Source of the DNA: Candidatus Aminicenantes bacterium
Lineage (GTDB): Bacteria; Acidobacteriota; Aminicenantia; JAMOAD01
Reading direction: 5' to 3'
Assembly (NCBI GenBank): GCA_027031485.1
Contig: JALVQI010000229.1
Coordinates: forward strand, 1 to 60,898
Length of the DNA stretch: 60,898 nt
Part shown: in pieces, positions 17,541 to 26,090 of the stretch
How the letters are laid out: each line of letters starts with the position of its first letter
Numbering within the stretch: position 1 is the first letter of the stretch
The notes under the pieces: generated by a model
The model's database searches: none
What the model was told of the DNA's origin: nothing
What the model saw: the letters and a program-made list of their open reading frames with translations, nothing else
Program-made: the position numbers and the translations under genes

Positions 17541-18611
17541 TTATTGCAAAAGATTATTTCTTTTTAAAAAGCTATAGATACAATTTGAAAATAACCTATA
17601 CCCAAATGGATTCGGATGTAAATTCACTGGATTCAGTCTCACCTCTTCTTCTTTGTATTTATCTACACAGGGAAAGAGGTCTAAAAAATAAAAACCATTC
17701 TCTTCTGAAATCTCTTTTATAATTTTAGCAGCATGGTAAAATCTGTAATTTTTAAAATCTTTCAATTCAGGAAATAGGACGATTAAAACAGGAATTTTGT
17801 AAGTGTCAGAAATATTTTTAAGTTCCTTAAATTTTTCCCGTAACCTTTTAACAACCTCTTTGTTATTGTACAATTCTTCCAGATAATTATGATAACCTTT
17901 TCTCAGAGCAATTATGGCATCTTTCGGTTTTTTAATTTTCTTAAAACTCCTGTTTGTCTTTTTCATGTATAATCTATTCTTAATAAACTGGAATAACCTT
18001 GACTTTGATAAAATTTTGTCAATTATCCCTATTCCTGTTTTCATAAAATCTCTGTAACCCTTGAAATAATTGATTTCAGTAAACTCCCTTGAAAAAATAC
18101 CCACATCATTAATACAATATCCGATAATTATCAAATCGGGTTTTGTTTTTATAACTTTCTCCCTGATATTTTCAATATTTTGAGTTAAGTCATAGCCCAT
18201 GACTCCAAAATTGAACACATGATATGGGGACACTCCCTTCTTTTGTTGATTTATTATTCTTTCAAGTTGTTTAGGCCATGTATCTTTCAACTCAACACCC
18301 AATCCAAAGGTAAAGGAATCTCCCACAGCAGCGATTTTATATCCTTTTTCAATATAAGGATTATGATCCGGATAATCTCTGATTCCATAAGAATTAATTT
18401 TATATCTTACATTATCCTGAAAAACAGAACTATTGGGAATAAGAGTATACTTCAGATTGGGGTTTGTGACTTTTTTGTGTATTTTAAGAGATAAAGGGAT
18501 TACTTTCCCGCTCGTTTTCCCCATATAGGATCGGAAAAAAAGTTCAAGCAAAAAAAGTGTAATAACAATAGTAAAAAAACTAATTAAGAAGTTTGTTAAA
18601 ATTTTTTTCAT
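17541..18611 (-). CDS. Membrane-anchored SGNH/GDSL hydrolase family protein
   Basis: INSYGIRD, VGDSFTFG, NFGVMGY, CIND and LHPNPFG. Confidence 0.88.
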   Translation of the reverse strand: MKKILTNFLISFFTIVITLFLLELFFRSYMGKTSGKVIPLSLKIHKKVTNPNLKYTLIPNSSVFQDNVRYKINSYGIRDYPDHNPYIEKGYKIAAVGDSFTFGLGVELKDTWPKQLERIINQQKKGVSPYHVFNFGVMGYDLTQNIENIREKVIKTKPDLIIIGYCINDVGIFSREFTEINYFKGYRDFMKTGIGIIDKILSKSRLFQFIKNRLYMKKTNRSFKKIKKPKDAIIALRKGYHNYLEELYNNKEVVKRLREKFKELKNISDTYKIPVLIVLFPELKDFKNYRFYHAAKIIKEISEENGFYFLDLFPCVDKYKEEEVRLNPVNLHPNPFGYRLFSNCIYSFLKRNNLLQ

Positions 18612-18766
18612 TAAAACAATGTATAAATAAATGGTGCAATAGCTGAACCCTCAGTTAATATAATAATCAATCCCAATAACAACAAAATCACAATAATGGG
18701 AATTATCCAGAACTTTTTCTTTTTCATTAAAAATTCAAAGATTTCTTTAACAATTGATAGTTTCAT
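18611..18766 (-). CDS. Small membrane protein, DUF5989/SxtK-like (51 aa)
   Basis: Not in the ORF track. Translation is MKLSIVKEIFEFLMKKKKFWIIPIIVILLLLGLIIILTEGSAIAPFIYTLF, with GAGG RBS and the characteristic KKFW..P and SAIAPFIYTLF motifs. Confidence 0.9.
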   Translation of the reverse strand: MKLSIVKEIFEFLMKKKKFWIIPIIVILLLLGLIIILTEGSAIAPFIYTLF

Positions 18767-18781
18767 TTTTACCTCTTTATC

Positions 18782-19168
18782 TTAAAACTGTTTTTTTATG
18801 TCCTCTGATTCCTGATAATCCTTATAATAAGAATCCATATTTTTATCTATCTTATGATCTAAAAAAACCTTACCTCTCAATCTCATAAATAAAGCTATGG
18901 GAGTAAGAATTAAATAAAAAACAATGGAAGAGATAAAAGAAAAAATAAGAGAACCTATTTTCTTTGTAATAGCTAAAACAAGATCAAAAACAGGAACAAG
19001 AACTTTTGATAACAAAATAAGAACAATATATGCCAGAAAAATCAATAGCAATACCGACAGTTTCAGGTTTTTTATCTCCATAACTCTTTTACGGAGGACA
19101 AAGATGAAAATCAACAACCAGTATAAAATGGTAAAAAAGATTGCTGTATCTCTAACCTTTTTCTTCAT
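18782..19168 (-). CDS. SxtJ family membrane protein
   Basis: VFYLILTPIALFMRLRGK...SYY...KKQF; lies between the carbamoyltransferase and the SxtK-like gene. ATG 19168 with GAGGA RBS is preferred. Confidence 0.8.
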   Translation of the reverse strand: MKKKVRDTAIFFTILYWLLIFIFVLRKRVMEIKNLKLSVLLLIFLAYIVLILLSKVLVPVFDLVLAITKKIGSLIFSFISSIVFYLILTPIALFMRLRGKVFLDHKIDKNMDSYYKDYQESEDIKKQF

Positions 19169-19176
19169 TTTAATCC

Positions 19177-20985
19177 TCAATCCAGTGGGAATTTTTTAAT
19201 CCAATTTTCATCAATTTCAATTTCCTCGGTCTTTTCAATCAAATAATTTTCCAGCAACAAAAAGTCCATATTAGTATTCTTAAAGCACTTATAGGCATCT
19301 TCAGGATTATTAACTATCGGTTCTCCCCTAACATTAAAAGAGGTATTAATTATTATCGGACATCCTGTTTTTTCATAAAAAGCTTTTATTATTTTGTAAA
19401 AGAATGGATTCGTTTCCTTATCAACACTGTGAACCCTTGCGGAAAAATCCACATGAGTAATCGCAGGCACATCTGATTTTTCAATTTCCAACTTTTTAAG
19501 CCCCCTTTGCTGTTTAACTATTTCCTCATCAACTTTTCTTTTCTCTTTCTTAATATTATAAACCAATAACATATATCTCGACGGATAATCAAAATCAAAA
19601 TAATCTCCAACTTTCTCTTCCAACACCGACGGAGCAAAGGGTCTGAATGATTCTCTGAATTTTATCTTTAAATTCATTATTCTTTGCATATCTTTCGAAC
19701 GGGCATCCCCTATGATACTCCTATGCCCGAGAGCACGGGGTCCAAACTCCATTCTCCCGTGAAAAACACCCACAACCTTTTGACTTTCTATTAAAGAAGC
19801 TATTTTATCCGGTATTTCCTCATCACTCAATTTTGTATACTTTATGCTGTTATTGTCCAGATATTTTTTTATATAATCATCTGAATAGGAAGGGCCTAAA
19901 AATGAACCCTTCTGGAAATCATTTAAATTATCTGCCTTTCGCTCTTTGTTCAGATAATTAAACCAGTAATAATAAGCAGCTCCAACAGAACCTCCCGCAT
20001 CTCCCGCTGCGGGTTGGATCCATATATTTTTAAAGATCTGCTTTTTCAAAATTTTCCCGTTTGCCACACAATTTAAGGCTACTCCTCCGGCTAACACCAA
20101 ATTATCACCGCCAACCGTTTCTTTGGTATAATTGACAATTTTTTCCATTATTTCTTCAAGAACAACCTGAACAGAGGCAGCTAAATCCATGTCTATTTGT
20201 CTGATTTTTGTTTCAGGTTTTCTCGGAGGAGCCCCAAAAAGTTTAGCAAATTTTTTATTGGTCATTGTTAATCCAATATGGAAATTAAAAAAATCAAGAT
20301 TTAACCTGAAAGAACCATCCTTTTTCACATCAATTAAATTATCATATATTTTATTAACATACAGAGGTTCTCCATATGGAGCTAATCCCATTAATTTATA
20401 CTCACCCGAATTAACCCTGAAACCCGTAAAATATGTAAAAGCAGAATACAACAGGCCCAAAGAATGTGGAAATTCTATTGTTTTATAAATCTCAATTTTA
20501 TTCCCTTCTCCCTTTCCTATGGTTAATGTATCCCATTCACCAACTCCGTCAACAGTTATTATTGCCGCCTTATTAAAGGGAGAAGGATAAAAAGCGGAGG
20601 CTGCGTGTGATTCATGATGTTTTACAAATACGATATTTTCATTTTTTGTTTTTTCCTGAATAAGATGTTTTATAAAGAGCTTTTCCTTAAACCAGACAGG
20701 CATAGCCTGAATAAAGCTCTTAACTCCACTGGGAGCAAACTGCATATAGGTGGATATCAAACGATCAAACTTCAGGAAAGGTTTTTCATAAAATACAACC
20801 ACATCAATATCATTAAAATCTATTTGAAGATAATCCACAGCATTTCTTAATGCTTTTTCCGGGAAAGAATGATCATGTTTTTTCCTTGAAAATCTTTCCT
20901 CCTGTGCAGCATAGATAACCTCACCATCTTTTAGGATAGCTACTGCACTATCATGATAAAAAGCAGAAATACCTAAAATAAGCAT
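19177..20985 (-). CDS. O-carbamoyltransferase (NodU/CmcH/SxtI family)
   Basis: ILGISAFYHDSA, QEERFSRKKH, HHESHAASAF, EYKLMGLAPYG, GGVALNC, EFGPRALG, KFRESFRPFAP and NTSFNVRGEP. Confidence 0.95.
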   Translation of the reverse strand: MLILGISAFYHDSAVAILKDGEVIYAAQEERFSRKKHDHSFPEKALRNAVDYLQIDFNDIDVVVFYEKPFLKFDRLISTYMQFAPSGVKSFIQAMPVWFKEKLFIKHLIQEKTKNENIVFVKHHESHAASAFYPSPFNKAAIITVDGVGEWDTLTIGKGEGNKIEIYKTIEFPHSLGLLYSAFTYFTGFRVNSGEYKLMGLAPYGEPLYVNKIYDNLIDVKKDGSFRLNLDFFNFHIGLTMTNKKFAKLFGAPPRKPETKIRQIDMDLAASVQVVLEEIMEKIVNYTKETVGGDNLVLAGGVALNCVANGKILKKQIFKNIWIQPAAGDAGGSVGAAYYYWFNYLNKERKADNLNDFQKGSFLGPSYSDDYIKKYLDNNSIKYTKLSDEEIPDKIASLIESQKVVGVFHGRMEFGPRALGHRSIIGDARSKDMQRIMNLKIKFRESFRPFAPSVLEEKVGDYFDFDYPSRYMLLVYNIKKEKRKVDEEIVKQQRGLKKLEIEKSDVPAITHVDFSARVHSVDKETNPFFYKIIKAFYEKTGCPIIINTSFNVRGEPIVNNPEDAYKCFKNTNMDFLLLENYLIEKTEEIEIDENWIKKFPLD

Positions 20986-20991
20986 TATGTT

Positions 20992-22503
20992 TTACTCTAT
21001 CTTGCTCTCACGGCCTTCACTATCCACACAGGTTACATAATAATCATATTTATAATCAGAAGTAATTGAATTGTCTGTATCTTCATAATACAGGGTATCT
21101 TTATCCAACTCAGCAATTTTCTTATATTCAGATATTGATTCTGTTTTTAATTTTCTATAAAGATTGTATTTAACCACATTGACTTTGTACTTTTCATTAT
21201 AAGGATTATTTTCCCAGGTTACATAATTAATATATTTTTCATAGAAAAAAGATCTTTCAACTTTTTTCTCCACTTTAACATTTACCGCCGATTTTATTGT
21301 AATAAACGGATAATCATATATGGAATAATAAACTGATGCTTCATCCTCCCTTGTGAACCAGGCACTCAAAATACCTATATTGGGGGCATAATATGTATCA
21401 AAAGTATAAGCGCTTGGCTGCTCTTCACATAAATCAATAGGGTCATCCATATTTATCCATTCTCCATCCTTATATTTAATCATTTTGATGGCAAACCCCG
21501 TATCTTTGTAAATTACAAGCAATTCTTCCGTCCCTCGTCTTAATACTTTTGAATGATATTCAAAATTGGGTCTTTGGGGCGCCTGAGCAAATATTTGATT
21601 ATCAAGGTTTGAATTATCAAATTTTACTTCATACTTTTTTGTTTTTTCATTATATACGACTTCAAATGGTTGATAAAAATATTTCTTCTTCTGAAACCAT
21701 GCAAAAGTCAACAATCCCTTTTTCTTCACAACTCCCACGGCAGGAAGCATATGCCAACCACCGTATTCCCATGTAAGCTCATTTACCCAATCAACCTTAT
21801 AATCATTATCCGGATTTATAACAGCCACTTTATCCATAATATCATCAGCTTCATTTAATTTATCCTGCTTATACGAAATATAAAGTACCCCATCTTCATC
21901 AAACGTTGCGAATTCATTAGTTGCAGAATATTTAAATCTTGATATGTTCACAGGCTCACTAAAAGTTTTGCTTCCCTTCTTTTTCACTCTGTAAATAACA
22001 TTTTTAGCCGTTCCGTTTCTATTGATCCATGTGATTACAACATCATCAGTAACAGGATTAACAACAAGCATCGGGCTCTCCACATATCCTAAAACAACCT
22101 TCTGGGGATTGGACCACTTCTTTGTTTTGGGGTCAAAGGTTGCATAATATCCTCCATGAATTCTCAAACTCCAGAAAGCATGAAAAACACCATCCGTAGT
22201 TGGTTCAACATCAGTCCACCAGATATTGGCATAGTCGGATTTAGGATAGTTCTGGTGAGGAATCTCCTTAGGTCCTTCCCATTTCCCGGAAGAATGATCT
22301 TTATAATAATAAACAACTCCTCTCTGACTGTTTCTATAAATTATCATTATATCTCCGTCTAAATTCGCACTGATAGAGGGAGATTCATTACTTCCTGATA
22401 AATCGGGAACTTTGTTAACTTCCTTAAGCCCCTCTCCCAAACTTATTGAAGCAATAATCAAAACAAAACCAATTACGAATAATAATAATTTATTCAATTT
22501 CAT
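20992..22503 (-). CDS. Secreted beta-propeller-like protein with a C-terminal Fn3-like domain
   Basis: Signal peptide, repeated W/F-S-x-P blade-like motifs, and a C-terminal TWENNP...YNLYRK...YYED...YDYYVTCVDSEGRES. Confidence 0.65.
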   Translation of the reverse strand: MKLNKLLLFVIGFVLIIASISLGEGLKEVNKVPDLSGSNESPSISANLDGDIMIIYRNSQRGVVYYYKDHSSGKWEGPKEIPHQNYPKSDYANIWWTDVEPTTDGVFHAFWSLRIHGGYYATFDPKTKKWSNPQKVVLGYVESPMLVVNPVTDDVVITWINRNGTAKNVIYRVKKKGSKTFSEPVNISRFKYSATNEFATFDEDGVLYISYKQDKLNEADDIMDKVAVINPDNDYKVDWVNELTWEYGGWHMLPAVGVVKKKGLLTFAWFQKKKYFYQPFEVVYNEKTKKYEVKFDNSNLDNQIFAQAPQRPNFEYHSKVLRRGTEELLVIYKDTGFAIKMIKYKDGEWINMDDPIDLCEEQPSAYTFDTYYAPNIGILSAWFTREDEASVYYSIYDYPFITIKSAVNVKVEKKVERSFFYEKYINYVTWENNPYNEKYKVNVVKYNLYRKLKTESISEYKKIAELDKDTLYYEDTDNSITSDYKYDYYVTCVDSEGRESKIE

Positions 22504-22988
22504 TTTCTTCTCCTTATTATTTTATTTACGCCGATTTGAGTATTAGCCTGATTTTGCTGTCTTTTTGAGACTACGGGATATCTGCTGTTTTTCCATTTTA
22601 CCAATCCTCCATTCAGATTATAAACCGTGTAACCTAATCCCTGTAAATTGTATGCACTTAAAATACCTCTTCTTCCTCTATAGCTAAAAACAACAATGGG
22701 AGTCCCTTTCCCAACATATCGCCCTATCTTAAACTCAATAACTCCTCTGGGTATATTGATAGCTCCGGGAATTGTCAATTTTTTATATTCACCGGGCTCA
22801 TCTACATCAATAAAGACAGCTTTTTTTTGTAAATACCATTGGTATGCCTGTGATACGGAAACTTTTTTAATCATTGCATTGGAAGCCCTTAACATTTTTT
22901 CTAATGTTGTCGCTTTCACATAAACACTCAGAGAAACAAAAACCAAAACAATTAATAAAACAATAAAATGTTTTTTCTTCATCTTCAT
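22500..22988 (-). CDS. Secreted rhodanese-like domain protein (catalytic Cys replaced by Ser)
   Basis: FIDVDEPGEY, IPGAINIPRG, VVFSYRGRRG and NLNGGLVKW; signal peptide. Confidence 0.8.
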   Translation of the reverse strand: MKMKKKHFIVLLIVLVFVSLSVYVKATTLEKMLRASNAMIKKVSVSQAYQWYLQKKAVFIDVDEPGEYKKLTIPGAINIPRGVIEFKIGRYVGKGTPIVVFSYRGRRGILSAYNLQGLGYTVYNLNGGLVKWKNSRYPVVSKRQQNQANTQIGVNKIIRRRK

Positions 22989-23008
22989 TACCTTTATTTT
23001 AAATTTAT

Positions 23009-24748
23009 TTAAAATCTTATACCAATTCCAAAGATCGTTTCAACTCCACTCATATCAAATTCTTTATTTCCCACCGTATCCTTTACACTATTATATTTAA
23101 CATGAATTATCCCTTCCACATATTTAATTCCGCCTCCAATGAAAAGACCAAAATCAAAAGCATATCCGCTTGCACTACCGGTAGTCACGAGCTCAGGGGT
23201 ATCCTCTTCATATGAGAACATATTCAAAGCAATACCTACAAATGGAGATGCATATTTATTTTTGTAAATTACATATCTAATTCCTATATTGTTGGGATGA
23301 ATAGTAAAGGTAGTTTTTTTCTTATAATAAGTTGTTGTAGAGTTATCCTCATACTTTTTAACTGTACCCCATATGTGAAAACCATACATTATTCTTATAT
23401 CCAATTCAGCACCAAGCAAATTTTTAGATCTTTCGTAAAAATTACCGAAATCTTCATCATTAATATTAAAATTACTACCAATTAAAAAAAGGCCAAAACG
23501 GTCTCCAAGAATTTTAATTTTTTCTCCCTGAATTTTTTTCTTTTCCTTCCTTTTTTTCTCCTTTACAGGTTTCTCCTTTTTTACCGGCTTTACTTCCTTT
23601 TTCTTTTTAACAATTTCTTTCTTTTCTTTTTTTACCTTTTTTTTCTTTTCGGCTTTTCTCAAACTTACTTTTCCAATTTTTTTCAATAGCTTTACTTCTA
23701 CTCCATCTTTAAGGCACATACAATGAGAAGGACTAACCTCTTTCATAGGAGAAATAATTACCTTAGTGATTAAAAGATCTTGCTCGGAAAACTTACTCTT
23801 TGGGTTAATCACATATTTCCCATCAATAAAATCATCAACCAAAATATTATATTTAATAGCAACTTTCTTTTTTAGCAAACCTAAAAATGTCTTTTTTTCT
23901 CCAAGAAGAAAAACAAAATACTTATTAGCACTCTTTTTAACAAAAGATTCAGGCAAAATCACAACATTCTTATACTCTTTTTCTTTTAATTTAAAACAAA
24001 AATCAAAAGGAGAATCAATTGTTAAACTTTCATTATTGAAGAATAAAACAATTTTTTCACCTGAAATATCCTTTATTTTGACGTTTAATTTTTTCTTATC
24101 CTCTATTGAAACAATCTCTATTTCTTCTTTCCCACTGAACAAACTCTTATCTTTTTCAGAAATATTAATAGAAGAAAACATATGTTTTTTAATTACTATT
24201 ATTCCTATAGTCTCACCTTCGTTTACTGTATCTCCCACTTTTACATAGAGCTTCTCAATTTCTCCGCCGACAGGTGTTTTTATTTTATATTTTTCAGCTT
24301 CCTGTTTTTTTAATTCCAGTAGATTTGTATACTTCTTAATGTTTCTTTCAGCTTGAGCTTCAGCTCTCGGACTTCTAACTTTCCAGTGTTTTCTTCTGTT
24401 CAATATTCTTTTCCACTTTTTAATATTTTTGTCAAGTTTATCAATCTCATCAGATAAACCATTATTAAGGATTAGCACAATCATATCTTTTGATACAACA
24501 TTATTCTCCGAAGCTTTAACTTCTGTTACGGTCCCTGAGACTGGAGAAACAATACTGACTCTTTCAAAATCAAAACTTCCAGTAAATTTTTTATATTTTG
24601 TAATATTTCCTTTTTTTATTTTGTCAACTTTCACAAGAAGTTTTTTAGGACACCTTACATTTCCCTTACTATTTTGAGCAAAGGAAAAAGAAAATATTAC
24701 CAATAACATCAGAGTTAGTACACCTATCTTTTTAATTTCTTGTTTCAT
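23009..24748 (-). CDS. Periplasmic adaptor (membrane fusion protein, HlyD/AcrA-like) fused to a C-terminal outer-membrane beta-barrel
   Basis: Split lipoyl halves IVSPVSGTVTEV and IKTPVGGEIEKLYVKVGDTV flank a helical hairpin. A Lys-rich linker leads to a barrel ending in FGIGIRF. Confidence 0.75.
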   Translation of the reverse strand: MKQEIKKIGVLTLMLLVIFSFSFAQNSKGNVRCPKKLLVKVDKIKKGNITKYKKFTGSFDFERVSIVSPVSGTVTEVKASENNVVSKDMIVLILNNGLSDEIDKLDKNIKKWKRILNRRKHWKVRSPRAEAQAERNIKKYTNLLELKKQEAEKYKIKTPVGGEIEKLYVKVGDTVNEGETIGIIVIKKHMFSSINISEKDKSLFSGKEEIEIVSIEDKKKLNVKIKDISGEKIVLFFNNESLTIDSPFDFCFKLKEKEYKNVVILPESFVKKSANKYFVFLLGEKKTFLGLLKKKVAIKYNILVDDFIDGKYVINPKSKFSEQDLLITKVIISPMKEVSPSHCMCLKDGVEVKLLKKIGKVSLRKAEKKKKVKKEKKEIVKKKKEVKPVKKEKPVKEKKRKEKKKIQGEKIKILGDRFGLFLIGSNFNINDEDFGNFYERSKNLLGAELDIRIMYGFHIWGTVKKYEDNSTTTYYKKKTTFTIHPNNIGIRYVIYKNKYASPFVGIALNMFSYEEDTPELVTTGSASGYAFDFGLFIGGGIKYVEGIIHVKYNSVKDTVGNKEFDMSGVETIFGIGIRF

Positions 24749-24780
24749 TTAAAAAAAACCTCCTTTTAATATGAGAAAGT

Positions 24781-24809
24781 ATTTTAATAAAAATTAATAA
24801 TCGTGTCAA
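24781..24809 (-). promoter_or_regulatory. Near-consensus sigma70 promoter for the 24748-17541 operon
   Basis: TTGACA-17 nt-TAAAAT on the minus strand, followed by a GGAGG RBS. Confidence 0.65.
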
Positions 24810-24890
24810 ACTTTTGAGATTCACCCTAAAAATCACTTATGGAGGACAGTTCACATAGGGAAAGAAACAATAGAAACTTAAATAATCAAT

Positions 24891-26090
24891 TTAAAGCAAA
24901 ATACCGGCTATGGATGCAGTCAGCATTGTGGCTAAAAAACCTGCTATCATGGATTTGAAAGCAAGCCTTGAAACGGTTGATTTGTGTCTGGGGGCCATGG
25001 TTCCTATCCCGGCTATTAATATCCCCATACTACCGAAGTTTGAAAATCCACATAGAGCATAGGTAGTAATATAAATAGTTCTCGGAGAAAGAGCACCCGA
25101 GGAAATATATGTTTTTAATTTTAGGAATGACAAAAATTCATTAAATACAGTCTTTACCCCTAAAAGTTTTCCTACCTCAAGGGCTTCCGATGGAGATATT
25201 CCTATTAAAATTGCAAATGGAGAAAAAATATATCCTAAAAGCTTTTCAAGTGTGATTCCCGAAATTCCGATTATGTCATTTAAAAGATAAATTAATGATA
25301 TGAAAGCTATTAACATGGCACCCACTTCAAGTGCTAATCTCAAACCATTGGAAGTTCCTGTTGCAATGGCCTCCACTATTGTAGAGCCTCCCTTATCCAC
25401 TTTTATATTATCTATAGTGTCTTTTTCACCTTTTTCAGTATCCGGAATCATGATTTTTGATATTAAAATTGCAGCGGGAGCACTCATTACAGAGGCTGTT
25501 AAAAGGTGGCCGGCCTTTGCTCCGAAGCTTACATAGGCAGCCATTACACTTCCCGCTATTGTTGACATGAAGGTGGTCATTATTGTAAAAAGCCTTGATT
25601 CATTCATACTCTCAAGATACTTTTTTATTCCTGTTAAAGCCTCTATACCCATAAAAATTAATAAAGAGGAGGTAAATGATTCAACACCCGTAATTTTCAT
25701 ACTATGATAAAAAAGTTTTGCAAACAATTTTACAAAAAATTGAATAACTCCAAGGTAAACAAGCAAATACATCAAAGCAGATACAAATACAATCAAGGGA
25801 AGAACCTGAAATGCAACCTGAGCTCCTATTTTCTGAGAATCAACAAGATTACCGAACAAGAACCTTGCTCCATAATTGCTATAATTTAATAAAAACAGAA
25901 AGCCTTTGTTTACACCTTCGAAGATCTTTACCCCTATGCTTGTCTTTAACATAAATAGTGCAATTGCAAATTGGATAACCAACCCCAATGCTACTAATTT
26001 ATAATCTATTCTCTTTTTGTCCCTTGACATTAAAAATGCAATCAAAAGAAAAACAAATATTCCTAAAACTGCCTGAAATTTTAATATCAT
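24891..26090 (-). CDS. Concentrative nucleoside transporter (NupC/CNT family)
   Basis: GARFLFG, AFQVLP, STIAGSV, MSAPAA, VFNEF and YALCGFSNFGS. Confidence 0.92.
   Translation of the reverse strand: MILKFQAVLGIFVFLLIAFLMSRDKKRIDYKLVALGLVIQFAIALFMLKTSIGVKIFEGVNKGFLFLLNYSNYGARFLFGNLVDSQKIGAQVAFQVLPLIVFVSALMYLLVYLGVIQFFVKLFAKLFYHSMKITGVESFTSSLLIFMGIEALTGIKKYLESMNESRLFTIMTTFMSTIAGSVMAAYVSFGAKAGHLLTASVMSAPAAILISKIMIPDTEKGEKDTIDNIKVDKGGSTIVEAIATGTSNGLRLALEVGAMLIAFISLIYLLNDIIGISGITLEKLLGYIFSPFAILIGISPSEALEVGKLLGVKTVFNEFLSFLKLKTYISSGALSPRTIYITTYALCGFSNFGSMGILIAGIGTMAPRHKSTVSRLAFKSMIAGFLATMLTASIAGILL

Noticed and set aside
17541-20985. Saxitoxin biosynthesis cluster
   Set aside because: Only sxtI/J/K-like genes are present, with no sxtA, sxtG or other core genes.
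23530-23660. T-rich tract as a frameshift or phase-variation site
   Set aside because: The frame stays open, and the tract is explained by a Lys-rich linker on the minus strand.
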